In this document: positions 38,421 to 52,126 of the stretch, piece after piece
Numbering within the stretch: the first letter of the stretch is position 1
Layout: each line of letters starts with the position of its first letter
Assembly (NCBI GenBank): GCA_964016885.1
Contig: OZ024740.1
Location: forward strand, 130,634,001-130,698,000
Origin: Eledone cirrhosa
Lineage: Eukaryota
Length of the DNA stretch: 64,000 nucleotides
Direction of reading: 5' to 3'
The notes under the pieces: generated by a model
The model's input: the letters and a program-made list of their open reading frames with translations, nothing else
Database searches by the model: none
What the model was told of the DNA's origin: nothing
Made by a program: the position numbers and the translations under genes

Positions 38421-40115
38421 GGACAAATTTGAACAGGAACAAAACAGAGAGGCAGTACAACGAATGTTTATTAATTTCACGCTCTGGTGAGTGGAGTGGT
38501 GGTGGGGAACGACGTTTCGGGCATAAGCCCTTCCTCAGGTGAGAAGTGTGTGGGAACAGAGTTCAAAGGGTGTGTAGGGGAGTGGTGGAGAGACATATAG
38601 CGAAAGGAAACGGTGCGAATGAATTTAAAAATAAAAATAAAAATAAAGCATGATCAAAATACAAGGAATGAAATAAAATTAAATATAAAAGCATGATCAA
38701 AATAAACTGAAATAAAAAGGGGGGTAAAACAGGTGGTGGAAGGGTGTAGGGTGTGTAGGGGTGGTGGCGGCTAGAGTGGGGAGAGGGAGACGAGGTGTCC
38801 GAGCGGGGTGGGCTGAAGGTGGTGTGTGTGTGTAGGTGTACGTGTGTGTGTGTGTGTGGATGTGAAAGTAAGGGTTGGGGGAAGAACGGGGTTGCATGTT
38901 CAGGAAGAGGTGTGTGGGCGGGTGTAGGTCGGAGTGACTGTGCGTGTGTGGATAGAGGGGTGGGGGGAGAGGAATCAGGAGGCTGAGGGTGTAAATATTT
39001 GGTGGAAAGCACGTGTGTGTGGGGTTTAAGCGTGTTGTGGGTGTAGGTGGCGTGTGGAGAAAACAATTTTTTTGGGGTGTGTGTGTGGGTGAGTTATATA
39101 GGTGGTTTTGTAAGAGGATGGTTGAAAAAGTTGGTAACATCCTATGATGTTTAGTGGATTCTGTGGTGGTCAAGTTCCGCATACGAGTATTCCATGAAGA
39201 GATGGTCGGAAGAGGAGAGATGTGGGGTGCGTGCGCAACAGGAAGTGGTCAAGCAGTGGGAGTGCTGTGTGTCTGTTTGTGCTGGGAGGTGGTGAGAGGG
39301 CATAGCCGAAGTCGGTGGAATGGTAAAGGGGCGAGGATGGGTAGGTGTGAAAGTTGGAGTGAGGAGGGTGTGTGTGTGTGTATATTAGTAGAGGTGTTAG
39401 TGGGATGAGTGAGTGTGGAGCGAGGGTGTGGGTGGAGCGGGGAGAGAAGGGTGTGTGTAGTTCTATGCAGGGAGTGTGGTGTACTGTTGTGTGTGTAGTT
39501 TGATGAAGGGGTGTTAGTGGGTGTTAGTATACGGGAGGTAGGGAAGGGTTGAATGCAGGTGTGAGTGGGGGTTAGTGGTGGTAGGGTGTGTAGAGTTGGT
39601 GGTGTACGAGGGTGTGTGGGTACGTGTGCGTGGGGTTGGGGGGTGTTAGTGATGTTAGTTGTGTGTGGGGTGGATGGTGTAAGTGGGTGCGTGTGTTCGT
39701 GTGCTTGGGGTCAGGGGGTGTTAGTGAGGTTAGTTGCGGGGTGGTGGGATGGAGGTGTGGGGCTGAGGGTTAGTGGTGGTAGCAGGGTGTGTGTTTAGTG
39801 TGAGCGCGTGTATATATGTGCCGGTGGGTGTGTGCGTGTGATAAGGAGGGGGGAGGAGGATAAGAAGGGAGGTGGGTTAGTATGTTAGTTCGGGAAGGGT
39901 GGTCGGATGAGGGGTGAAGTGGAGGTGTTAGTATTGTTAGTTGTGGGGTGGGCGGTGAAAAGGAGGGATGTGTTAGTGGTGTTAGTGGGGGATACGTGTG
40001 GGAGGGGGGGGGGGGTCGAAGGCTAAAGGAATGATGGTGGGGAGTTCAGGCCGGGGGGAGTGTGGGTCTGTAAGATGAAGATAGTTCTTTGTTCGACTCT
40101 AAGGCGATTGGCGGG
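38418..40115 (-). mobile_element. Second, shorter copy of the PLE family at 28018 (3' UTR + last codons)
   Basis: Colinear with 28018-29650; same 3' terminus against (TA)n. Confidence 0.9.
38509..38540 (-). ncRNA. Classical minimal PLE hammerhead
   Basis: Minus strand: ac-CTGAGGA-a-gggc-ttat-gccc-GAAA-cg-TC-gt; the sister copy at 28112-28134 lacks most of stem II. Confidence 0.8.
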
Positions 40116-40153
40116 TTTACACACCCGTGTATATTTACTTATATATCTATATC

Positions 40154-40197
<44 letters not shown>

Positions 40198-40349
40198 TAC
40201 ACGGGTGTGTATGATTGTGTATAGAAGATTATATTAATAAAAAGGAATTCCAACTTTGTCTGATTTACTCGTTTTATTTACAATCCTTTAAAATTATAAT
40301 GGTATTAGAAGGAAATAGTATGGTAGAATATTAAATGTTAAGTGTCAAT

Positions 40350-40388
40350 TGAACAACTACTTTCATGCTTTCGCAATCTTCAGGTTCA
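40350..40388 (-). ncRNA. Minimal hammerhead with GAAA-tetraloop stem II
   Basis: Minus strand: tgaac-CTGAAGA-t-tgc-gaaa-gca-t-GAAA-gtag-TT-gttca. Confidence 0.7.
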
Positions 40389-41447
40389 CATTCTCTGGTG
40401 ACAGTCAAGTTTGCAATTTTCAACTATATATTTATATATATGCATATAAATCGCATATGCAAGCATACGATTCAAAGAGGAGAGATAATGTATTAGTTAT
40501 GAAGTTGGCATGCCAGTAGTGAAATGGGTATTGTGTTCAATACGTAAGTTGCAAGAGAAGGTAACAAAGGAAGTAAGCCAGAGAAAAAATGTCAAGGAAC
40601 ATTAGAATAAGCAGAGCTAAAATACAAATATTAAATATCAGAGAAAACAACGTATGATTTTTCAATAATTATATTTAGTGGCTGAGATATTGTTTCGGAA
40701 ACCAAATCAGTAATGTGTACAAAGAGGATGTAGTTATCGATCCTAACCTCAATTTTTGTACAGTAAAAAGAAATATTGAAACGGTTCGCTTATCGGAGCT
40801 AAAAATAAAAAAAAAATAAACATAAAAATAAAAATAAAAAATATTTCACTGATAAATAAGGCCTACAGTAAAAGCAATATTTTGATAGATATGAATCCAC
40901 ATATTAATTGTGTGTTCATGAAGATGATCAGTTAAAACTTCAAGGAACATGACGGCTTGAATGAATTCAAATGTATGAATTCAAATGTAATCGGAAGTGT
41001 GAATGACAAGTGACATACCTAGTAATAAAGGTAGATAAATAAGTAGAAACGTATATTTTATTGTTAATTTATAATTTATCTAGAAAATTAAGAAGAAAAG
41101 ATGGGGCGATTGTGCTTAAAGGAAAAAAAGCAAGAGAGTGTTTCGCCCCAGCAAGTCAGATGCATTTACATTCATTTAAACACTTATCACTGTTACAAAT
41201 TATTTTCTTTTTAAATAGTTAAATTAAAAATAAATAAAAATGTTAAAATTATACAAACTACCACACTGATGATGAAGGGAGTAACTATTATGTAAATGAA
41301 TGGAGTATTGATTCGATAATAATCATGTTTACCTTTCAATATAAAGAATTTACGCTAGTACAATTAAATATAATCTGCGTACATTCATGTATACGTATAT
41401 ATATATATATCATATATAGTTATAGTTGAATATATAAATACACATGT

Positions 41448-41547
<100 letters not shown>

Positions 41548-42146
41548 AGTAGTTCCACATCAGTTAGTTGACCATATATATACACATATATACAGATATA
41601 TGGATGTATTTGTGCGCGTGTGTGTAAAATATGTAAAATGACAGTATACTTTCGCCAACAACACGGGTGTGCTCTGTTTGTTTTTGTTGCACAGTGACAA
41701 CAACAAGAGAATAATTGAATCCGATGACAAATACAATGCTTTCTGTACGATCTGTATCTCTAGGGAATAGCTTGTAAAATGAAGCATGTGTTGTTGGAAA
41801 AACAAGACAACAGTTTGATCAAAGAGCATTTAAATCCATTTAATTTGATCAACCAATCAATTCCACACTTTCCTTAGCAATTACATTCATTGTGTTGTTG
41901 GGGATATGTTTGTCTATTAATGTACAAAATCAAATGCCGTTGGACATGTTTCTTTACTGAAAATAAAGAAAATATCGTTAATGCGACCATACAAATTTAT
42001 GTCGGATTCAATCAATCTACTATAAGGATAATGTTCAAAAGAGGAAGCAGCAACATTAGGATGTGTATCAACAATAGCAGCTGGAGTATCCTCAGCAGAG
42101 TATTCGTCAATATCTGTGGCGACATAATATTAACAACACTACTAGA

Positions 42147-42147
<1 letters not shown>

Positions 42148-42177
<30 letters not shown>

Positions 42178-42250
42178 CTTCTTCTTCTTCTTCTTCTTCT
42201 TCTTCTTCTTCTTCTTCTTCTTCTTCTTCTTCTTCTTCTTCTTCTTCTTC
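42148..42250. repeat. (CTT)n microsatellite, ~34 units
   Basis: Direct reading. Confidence 0.97.
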
Positions 42251-42354
42251 AACTCTTAACATTACTTATTCTAATACTAATAATACTGAAGGCTTTGGTT
42301 TCGGCACTATAGGTGGAAGGTGAATCCCCAATAGATGGAACTATGTGCGTTACT

Positions 42355-42520
42355 TTTACTTTATTTTGTCGACCCTGTAAAAATGAAAGGCAGATCTAAC
42401 CTGGGATGGATTTGAACTCAGAACGTAAACGGGAATAACTTTATCTTGTAAAGTATGTTGTCCAATTTTTGACCGCAAGGATGAAAAGTTAATCTAACCT
42501 CTGTGGGATTTGAACTCGTT
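42355..42520 (-). mobile_element. Degenerate SINE fragments
   Basis: ctttattttgtcgaccc..tgaaaggc..ggatttgaactcaga; the B-box region appears twice. Confidence 0.7.
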
Positions 42521-42539
42521 AATCATTATCTTTATTATT

Positions 42540-42950
42540 ATGATTTGAAACTTCCTTTGAGTTCTGCTTCTTTCCCAAATCATGTCGAGTGTCAACTTGG
42601 CATCTGAGGCAAAATTTGATAATATCCACATTTTACTGTCAAATGATTACACAAGAGCCCCAAAACATAAATGTCCTTGCAAAGATTTTTAATTGAAAAT
42701 GCCCTCCTCAGTGCAAATCATCACTATATTCTCTATCTCTTATGAGATAGTTTTCGAAGTATCGGGTCCAAATAATTTTAGTACCCTTTTTCATCATTCC
42801 AAGTACATCGCATATTACCTACATTTCATATGTCATTAAGCGGCCACCTTTTCTCAATTTCAATTGATAGATCTTTATACTTACTGAAATTTCCAAACTC
42901 TTTCGAGAAGTAACGATCTGATGGAATGATCATCTCAATTAAGAGTTCAT
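42540..42950 (-). pseudogene. Degenerate 3' fragment of an RLE-type (R4/Dong-like) LINE
   Basis: Minus strand: LLIEM.IPSD..., FSKYKDLSIEIEKRW, LGMMKKG; resembles 63607..63972. Confidence 0.65.
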
Positions 42951-42984
42951 GTTGTTTATTATTATTATTATTATTATTATTATT

Positions 42985-45900
42985 GGTCTAAGCGGACGTA
43001 TTTTGCTCGCTCACAGTAAGTCGCTTTATTTGCCTGTTAAAATTATTTGTTGTTAAATATGTATTGTTGTGTAAGGGATATAAGCCCTTAGACTTTGCCC
43101 CATGAAGAGGAAAGTATAATATTTGGGCCTTTTGGCCCAAATATTTGAACTTTTTTTTACATGTTAAACATTTTACGAAGAAAATAAAACATGGCTGAGC
43201 CACGCTCCCCAGCGATATGTCTGCTGTCGTGCGACAACGACGTATAAGTTGAGAGGAGCGCTACAGCGAAATTAACACACATCGATAACACAAACACCAC
43301 CACAAACAATGTAAACAAAGACACCAATGATACCAATAAGAACACTAATTTTGAAAAAAATGACAGTAACAGCGACAACGAAAATACAGATAAAAAAAAA
43401 CAAAAAAACAAATACAACAACAATATCAACACCACTAACATGAAAACAAATAGCGACAACACCAACAGCAACGATACCAACTGCACCGAGAACAACGGTG
43501 GCAACAAAGACAACAATGATAACAGCGACAGTGCTAACAACAACACCAACAAGAACAACGACAACAAAACCCCCAACGAAATCAAGAAGAACACTTTCGC
43601 TGCGGCAGCAGCAAAAAAGAGGCCGTGCTTCAACATGGACCTCTCAAACAGAGATTAAAAGTTAGCCCAGGCATGGAAAATCATCAAGCAAGAGCAAACT
43701 TTGGCCAACTTAACTGTCCCGGTAGAAGCTATTGAGGCAGTGGAGCGCAAAACGGTGCATTATAGATGCATCTCAGCACAAACTAAAAGGGCAGCTTTAA
43801 TCCCACAATAAGATGTCGCTATGACTCCTTGCAAAACCAGCAAGGTCATAATGTACCCCTCCCACATGGGGAAAAGAACGGCTCGTCTCCGTATTCCCAG
43901 AATCCCACCAGGACTTCTGGGATGTGTGATGGTGGAGGCGACGGATACACTCCCTATAGAAGTGACCAGAACGGCCAGAGAGGACTGGTCCGGGATTGAC
44001 CTGGAGATCCTTCTCCTGATCAGGCCCGAGAATGGGAAGACAATCCAGGACCACATCCGACTTCAGAATTGAACGGTCATTCACATTATGACCGAAGGCA
44101 AAAGGCCGCAGTGTTTTGTGTGTGGAAAAAAAACACATTTGCGAGCCTTCTGCCCTCAACTGCTGAAAGATGCAAGCGGTCGAAAGGCTCCACTGCTGCC
44201 GACGCCGGGGCGAGGACCACAACCAACACCAGCTCCGGCAAAACCACCAACAACAACACCAATAGAAAGACCACCACCAACATTGACCACCCAGGGGGGA
44301 AACGAAGAAAGCTGTCAAATTTCCCCTCCACCCAAAAATACACACACCAATAAAACCATAAATATACATATAGACAAAACTTACAGTATTGAAAATGAGG
44401 GAAATCCAAAATCCCCCAAAATACAAAAAAGGAAACACAAAAAAAAAAAAAAATCAACAAAGCACAAAAGCACCCAAAATAAAAAAACGCAGACACCACC
44501 CACGCAAACATCTCTCCAATAACACCAACATCAACACCACCATCACCATCACCAGAATCCCCCAAACGCAAACAACCGAAACAGAAGCAACAACAAATAT
44601 ACACACAACCATCTGAAACCACAGACACCGCACTCACAGCAAACACAGATACAACCAAAACAACACCACCATTACCATCACCACCACAGCCACGCACACA
44701 AATAAAATCACACCAACAAAACTTACAAAACTTCGTGCTCGTCATGAGGGGCAACAAGGAACTGATGGCCCTCGTAGCACGAAGTGAAAATATACAAAAA
44801 GAGGGGGACATTTTTAAATCCAGCACATTTCGCGTGCCGGGAGATTTGGTTCTGGTGCGAATGTTGCTCGACATATTCAAAGAATTACGAGACAGCTTTC
44901 CTCTGGACGTGGGAACCCCGAACGTAAAACCCACTTCAAGACTTTTAAAGGTGTTCTCAAAAGAAACCCCACTAACTATGGAGGTCGAACAACCCGACTT
45001 TCACAAGAGCCCGGAAGTAAGTAAACCTTCCTCTCTCTCTCTGTTTAACCTGCCAGCATGGCCGTATTAAGAGTAGGATGTTTAAATGTTCGCGGCCTGG
45101 GATCGTCCTGGAAGCAGGGTTACCTGCTCAACGACCTCAGGTCTATAGAAATAGATGTAATTGCAGTGAGCGAAACCAGGATTTCCGACATGCGCGCACT
45201 AGCCCCCATTTTTGACGACTATCAGATATTTGCATCAGTTAGCCGGCCGGGAATGGGAGGCGGGGTGGCAGTGCTGTTTAGGAAAGGCCTGGATCTCGAG
45301 GTAAGGTCGATCTTCCGGGAGCCGGACGGGAAGTTGGTGGTCCTGGACGTAAACAATAATGAAGGTGGTGCCTTTAGACTGGTGGCCGTCTATGCTCCTA
45401 CTGGGGCAGAACGGTCGGACCGGTAAAGTTGCTAGGGGTTTGGTTCAGGCCAGACCTCCAGGTGGATAAGAATTGGGATGAGGTGACGGGCAGGGTAGTC
45501 AGTCTCGAATTCTATAGAGGATTAGTCGTGGGCAAGTGCGACGACGCACTCGGAGAGGCTCTGGAAGTCAACGAAGTCGACTAACCAGTCTGTACCGAGG
45601 ACTTTCGAGCCGGGGACGATGGATCATTTCCAAAAATCCCTCGCTTAGCAGTGCTACAGGGGGTCACTGCCGGTTCGAGATAATTTCTACAGGCACGGAA
45701 GTGCTGTCAGACGGACCTACCCGAGATGGCGCAGAGCGACGAAACCGTTCTGCACGTACTCCTCCAGTGTCCGTGCATTACTGACTTTTTGAGTTATGTT
45801 GAACAGATCGGATCCGGCTATCGGCCGAGTCCATAGTGAAGATCGACCCGCCGCTTTCTTTTGGCCAGGATGGGCAGGCAATTTTCATCTGTCTGGTGGC

Positions 45901-46395
45901 AGTAGCGAAAGAGGTTGTATGGTGGACGAGGTTGAAAGGACTGAAGACAGACACTTTTCTCTTCGGACAATCCCGCATCAACTTTTTCAAGTTTCAATTG
46001 GAAAGGAAGGTGAGGGTGGAGAGAGAAGTGCTGCCCCCCAGTACATTTGCTGAAAGGTGGGTGAATGTGGCGAGAATGGCCTGTGTGAGTGGGCCTAATG
46101 TGGTAATGCTGCTGTAGGTAGGTAAATTTGAAGAGGAGAGGGGTGCCCTTCCAGAGTGCTCTCGAAGCGTCAGGTCGTTCAGGACTGGTGGGGTACCTGA
46201 GCGAACCCTAGGTGGTCATCTCCCCTATTGGGGAATTTTTTTTTGTTGTAATTTTATTGTTACTTTATTGTTACTTTGTTATTGTAACTTTGTTATTGTT
46301 ATTAAATATTGTTTACTCGATTTTTCTGTAAAACCCCACTGTCCCAGTCTTTTGTATTGTCCCCTATATGTCGGCCCTTGTGGCCAATAAATGAA
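42985..46395 (+). mobile_element. Tx1/L1-clade LINE copy 1, internally deleted (RT missing)
   Basis: ORF1 with CFVCGKKTHLRAFC knuckle; APE start LNVRGL/SETR; jumps to the post-RT region at ~45420; (ATT)n tail. Confidence 0.88.
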
Positions 46396-46413
46396 ATTAT
46401 TATTATTATTATT

Positions 46414-49400
46414 GGTCTGTACGGACGTCTTTTTGCTTACTCCCTGTAAGTCGCTTTATTTACCTGTTATAATTATTTGTTGCTTAATTTCTCTTGTTGT
46501 GTAAGGGATATAAGACCTTGGAATTTGGCCTGTGAAGGGAATATATAATATTTGGGCCTTTTGGCCCAACTATTTGAACAATATTTGAACATTTTACATT
46601 TAAAAATAAAAAAAAACATGGCTGAGCCAGGTCCCCACAGCAATATGTCTGCTGTAGGGTCACAACGGCGTAAAAGTTGAGAGGAGGGTTACAGAAACTA
46701 ATACAATAAACACCACCACAAGGAACGTGAACAAAGACAACAACACAGGGAACACTAATTTTAATAAAATTACCACACCAACTACAACAATAACTGCGAC
46801 AACCAAAATACAGACAACAGAAAAAAATGCCAACTCTGAAAATATAAGTAATAGCAATGGCAATTATTTAGATTTGTCACATATAGACATGTATTCCCGC
46901 TATTACCAATGCCCACATGTGTTAAAGCCGCCATAAATTATTTTCTCGTGATATCGAAATGGATTCTCCAAAAATCGACTCTTCCACGCCGACCGCCACT
47001 AACATCACCACCACCATCACCACAACTGAAACTAAAAATAATAATAACAAAAATAACAATAACAACAACAGCAACAATAAGGATAACAACAACAATATCC
47101 AACGGGCGCAAAACCAAATGTGTCATTTTCTAAGGCGGCAAACAAAAATGAAACGGTTGAGGTAAGCCAGGAAGGATTGAATGAAGCAAAGCGAATTGTA
47201 AAAAAATATGGTTTCAAGGTTAGCCCCCCTCTCCCCCCATAAATATTAAAACGCGTTGAGTGGAACGGCATCCGAGTCCCAGATACAAAAAGCTTTGGGA
47301 CATGTGTGGGCTCAAAAAACTTACATCAGTCGGGGGCAAAAATATGGAACCGTGGACGTGTTCTTCGGTACCCCACAGGAAGCCAGAGTGCACTCCATGC
47401 CAACATTAAAAAGTGAGGACTTCACACTCGTCTCAAGCTATTGTGGTCAGAGACTGGTAGAGATCAAGGTGGCGCAGGTTCCGCCGGCCATTTACATTCC
47501 TAGTCTAATGGCTGCCGTCCTCGCAGACACCAAGGCCGTCACTAGAGTAATTGAGGCGATAACAGTAAAGCAGGAGAACTAGTCCGGATCTGGGATGGAG
47601 CTCCTGATCCAAGTTGACCAAAAAAACATATAGGACATTCCAGAGGTGATAGACCTCAATGAGCGCAGCCACCTCACCGTAATCTTTAGGGTAGAAGGCC
47701 TAGGTGTGTGGTTTGTGGCGAAGGAACCTACCTAAAGGCTTTCTGCCATGAGGCTAAAAAATTGAGGCCACTTGTCCTACCCAACCCAGTGACACAAAAA
47801 TCAAATCCAGCGGCAGAAATGGAAGCAACAACTGTAGCAGCAACAACAGAAGCAACAGTAGCAAAACCACCACCACCAGCACCACCACGCCAAAATTAGC
47901 ACCAGCACATCCACCATTCACCACGACGACGAGGAGTGGGAAACTGTATCTGGAAAAAAGAAAAAAAAGAAACCAAAAAAGAAAAAAATCCCCCTTCCTT
48001 CGTCCTCCAAAAACAAAATGCAGGGCGAAACAAACAAACAAACTAACAAAAAAGTCAAGACAGCTATGTCACCACCTACACCAGCATCATCGGCCCCATC
48101 ACCACAAACACCAACGCCATCTCCATCATTAACCCCAATACCTCAAAAATCACCAACAAACGGAAATAAAACAAAGTAACCAAAACTATACCCACTACAC
48201 AGCATTACATTTGAACAACAAACAATTATTACACTACATCCAACCCAACACTAGCATCACAAAAAAGACTATACAACACGCCAAAAATCCACACCGCCCC
48301 CGCATATACAAATCAGTCACATCACACAGAAGACGTACACGACACTAAAATTAAAATTCACCAAGGACATCGGAGACTTCCGACAAACACTCTCCAGGAG
48401 GATTTATAAAGACATCCTTCCGGAGGGGGTCACAAAGACTGAGAATGACGGAAAAACCATCCCTCCTCCACAAGAAAGGAGGTAATTGGTCTTTCCCATG
48501 TTTTTCCACCGCTTTTCAACATGACCTTATTCAGAATAGCCAGCATTAATGTGCATAGCCTGGCGTCGTCATGAAAGCAGAGCCACCTGCTCAACGACCT
48601 CAGGTCATTAAACATAGATGTGGTGCCCATCGGCGAGACCAGAATCGCCGAAGCACGAGCCTTAGCACGATTCTTCGGCTTCGACGATCATCTCCCAGCC
48701 GCCCAGGATATGGGGGACGAGTTGACGTGCTTTTGCGGAGAGGCTAGGTTCTCACCATACGGGCGTTTTGAACTGCCTGACAGGTATAGACTGGATTATA
48801 CGAATGTTTGAGATTGGCAAACCGCATCGGGTCATCCAGATCGTATTTAGATAGGGTATCCTGTAGGGAAACAATTTAAAGTAGTCGACTATACGCACCA
48901 CAAGTTTGTCATCTGTGAAGTTGACATTGATAGGCAAGGGCCCGGCTACTGGAAGCCGAACGCGTCGTTCACGGCGCGCAAAGCTCCGAGACCGGATTAG
49001 CGAATTAGTAAAGTGTTCGATGACAGGTGCGATCGTCAACAACAGGTGGTGGTTTAACCTTATTAGGGCTATTACAGTAGAATCCATAAGGTTTAGCAGA
49101 GGAGTAGTGATAGAGGAAAATAGAGTAGAGGGAGAGTTATTTAGAAAGCTAGAAGAGGCGTTTAGGACAGGTGTCGCAATCGATGTGCTTGCGGCGAGAT
49201 TGGCACTCGACCAATTCTTCAAATTAAAGATTGAACGCTGCGTTGTCAGAGCTAGAGCACGTGCTCTAAGCCACGAGGGGACGAAAGCCGTACATTGCGC
49301 CCGGGTAGTGTAGGCGGAATGTAGCAACAAGTCCACAATTCGGTCTTTGCCTGATCAAAGCGGGCGCATCTTGTTCGAACCAGAGCAGATGTGTGTGGCT

Positions 49401-51860
49401 TTTCAACAGCACTTTGCTCAATTGTTCAGGAGCGGCGGCGGGTCGGATCGGAGTATGGACTTCGGTGCATACCTCGCCGGACTTCCGCAGCGCAGTGTGG
49501 CGAAAAGCCGATAACAGCAGAAGAAATACGGGAAGCGATGTCTGACTGCACGAGGGGTAAATCACCATGTTTTGATGGTCTGCCCTACGAGCTTTATCCG
49601 TATATGCCAGACTTGTTCGGCGACCTCTTGGCAGATGTATACTACAACTGGCAGCAGTTTTGTGAGGCGGGAGTGAGGTGGCGCTGCTGAGAAAAGACGC
49701 GAACGAGGGGGACGTTATAGACAACTTCAGGCCTATATCTCTGCTAAATGCAGAGTTTAAGAATTTGGCCAAGGTGTTAGCAAAGAGATTGGCGCTTGTC
49801 GTCGTTGATCTGGTGGGAGATGCGCAGGCATATGCCATTCCGGAGAGGATCCATCCACAACAACATCCATCTCATGCGATACATCATAGAAAGTGTGGTT
49901 AAGGAACATTCCACGGGTGGGACCCTGATCAACTTGAATCAATTTAAAGCATTTGATAGGTCGACCATCGGTACCTATCGGACCATCTTTGAGCCGGCCG
50001 GCTTCGGGCCCGTTTTTAGGGGCTGAATCATTGCGATACACAGCGACACCTGCTCGATAGTGAGGGTGAATGGTCATCTTTCGCAGCCTTTCATCATCAT
50101 CATGCACGCGGCCCGCCAATGTTGCCCCCTCTCGTCCCTCTTGTACGTACTGGCCATAGAGCCGTTACTGCACACATTGGAGTTGATGAGGGGGCTTCCA
50201 CATGAACTGGGATGCGGGAGATTCGTGTCAGCTTACGCCGACGACGTCACCGTGGTGTTGTCGAGCACCAAACACGTCCATATGCTCTGCATCGCTCTGA
50301 AGGAATACGAAGCGGTGACAGGAGCAACAGTAAACCCGGAAAAGTCGATGGATTGCAACTCGGCACCTGGAGAGGGAGGTCCATGCAGGCAGACAGCGTG
50401 GTGTGGTGCTGGACAGAAGGAGTTGTTAAATAGATCGGGTTCTTGTTCGGTCCGAACCTCTAGATGGAGAAAAACTGGAGCGAAGTGACGTGCAGGGTGG
50501 CCTCTCTCACCCAAAAATAGGCCGAGAGGAGGCTGTCTCTGAAAGGTCGGAGGAAGGTGACGAATGCGTACATCGCGTCCGTGACCTGCTGCCGCCTGAC
50601 CGTCTTACATTGCCCCCGCCCAACTCTGACCAAAATGGAGCGCCTTCTCTTCCGGTTTTTGTGGAATGGACGTGCTCCCATGGTCATATGGTCCATTGCT
50701 CTCAACACCCGTTGCCGGTAGGACGCTGTGGCTGATGATGCACAAACATGCGCTGAGGCCGTGACCTCTGGTGCTTCCTTGACGGTGAACAGGTGTGGTC
50801 TCCGTTTGCCAGACGTGCTTTTCCCCAGATCGTCTCCTTGACGGAGCTGCAGTCCTGAATCAGGAAAAGACTGAGGGATAGCACTTGGAAGCTGGAATGT
50901 CTCGAAGCGCTCGCCGCCATCTACCACCTGGGAACTAGTATCGGTGAAATATGCATCTCGGCGTTATATAGTGGGCTGGTGCAGGGAAAGTGCGACGTAG
51001 TTCCCGTGGAGACCCTGGGCGCCGAAGACGATCAGCTGTTCGCTCTCTTCAAAAGAATTTCCAGACCTGGGCCTATGGACAACTTCCTGAAATTCCTGGC
51101 CTGGCAGTACTACCGGGGAGCGTTGCCGGTTCGGGATAAGCTATACAGGAACGGAATTGCTGTCAGCCGAGCCTGTTCGACATATGCGCAGGGCGACGAA
51201 ACCGTCTTGCACGCACCCGTTCAGTTCCCGAGAATTGCTGACTTGTGGACCTATGTCGGACAGTTGCTGTCGCGTTTAGGACGGATCCGGTTTTCGACTG
51301 AGTCCATTGTGAAGATAGTCCCGCCACCTCCTTTAAAGAGGAGCAAATGCAGGCAGTTTTCATCTGCCTGGTGGCCATGGCGAAAGAGATTGTGTGGTCG
51401 ACAAGGTTGAAAGGGGTAAAGATGGACACTTTCCTCTCCAGCCAATCCCTGATTAACCTTTTCAAGTTTCACTTGAAGAGAAAGATCAGTGTGGAGAGGG
51501 AAGTGTTGTCTTCTAGTAAGTTTGTTGAAAGGTGGGTGAATGTAGAGAGTCTGGTCCGAGTAAACGGGACCGCTCTGAGTATGCGCCTGTAGACTGAGGA
51601 GAGGTTAAACTGAGAGAGGGCGCTTGCCCTCCTGGTCAGGGTGGCCATGGTCTTGTGTGTGGTTTGCGCCACGAGTGACCCTATGAGGTTTCCACCTTTT
51701 TGGGGAAATCTTTTGTTGTTTGAGTTTTTTTAATTTCTATCGCGATTTCTATCTTGTTATAATCTGTTTACATGACCAAAATCCACTTTTTATCGTCCTG
51801 TACTAATTTGTGTCGTCTCTAATTTTTTTCTTCAACGTTAGCCCTGTTGCCAATAAAGAA
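46414..51860 (+). mobile_element. Tx1/L1-clade LINE copy 2, full span, heavily degenerate
   Basis: Colinear with copy 3; NFRPISLLN, AYADD; (ATT)n tail. Confidence 0.9.
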
Positions 51861-51861
51861 A

Positions 51862-51920
<59 letters not shown>

Positions 51921-52126
51921 GGCGACCTACGTAGTAAATCGTATCATCGTGAGCTCCGCAAAGGTTTGTTATTTCCGTTTGTTAAAAATTGTCATTTATG
52001 GAAAATTTTATTGTTAACTGTTTATAAGCGCACATACATTGTTTTCCGAAAAGGACACCCAAAAAGATTGGGGCCTTGTGCCCAAAATTTAAACTTTTAT
52101 TATTATCAAAAAATTTCTTTGAAACA

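Noticed and set aside
41640-42135. Coding-looking minus-strand stretch
   Set aside because: Interrupted frames with no family I can recognise; needs a translated search
41890-42312. Poly-Leu membrane-like ORF
   Set aside because: Produced by the (CTT)n repeat
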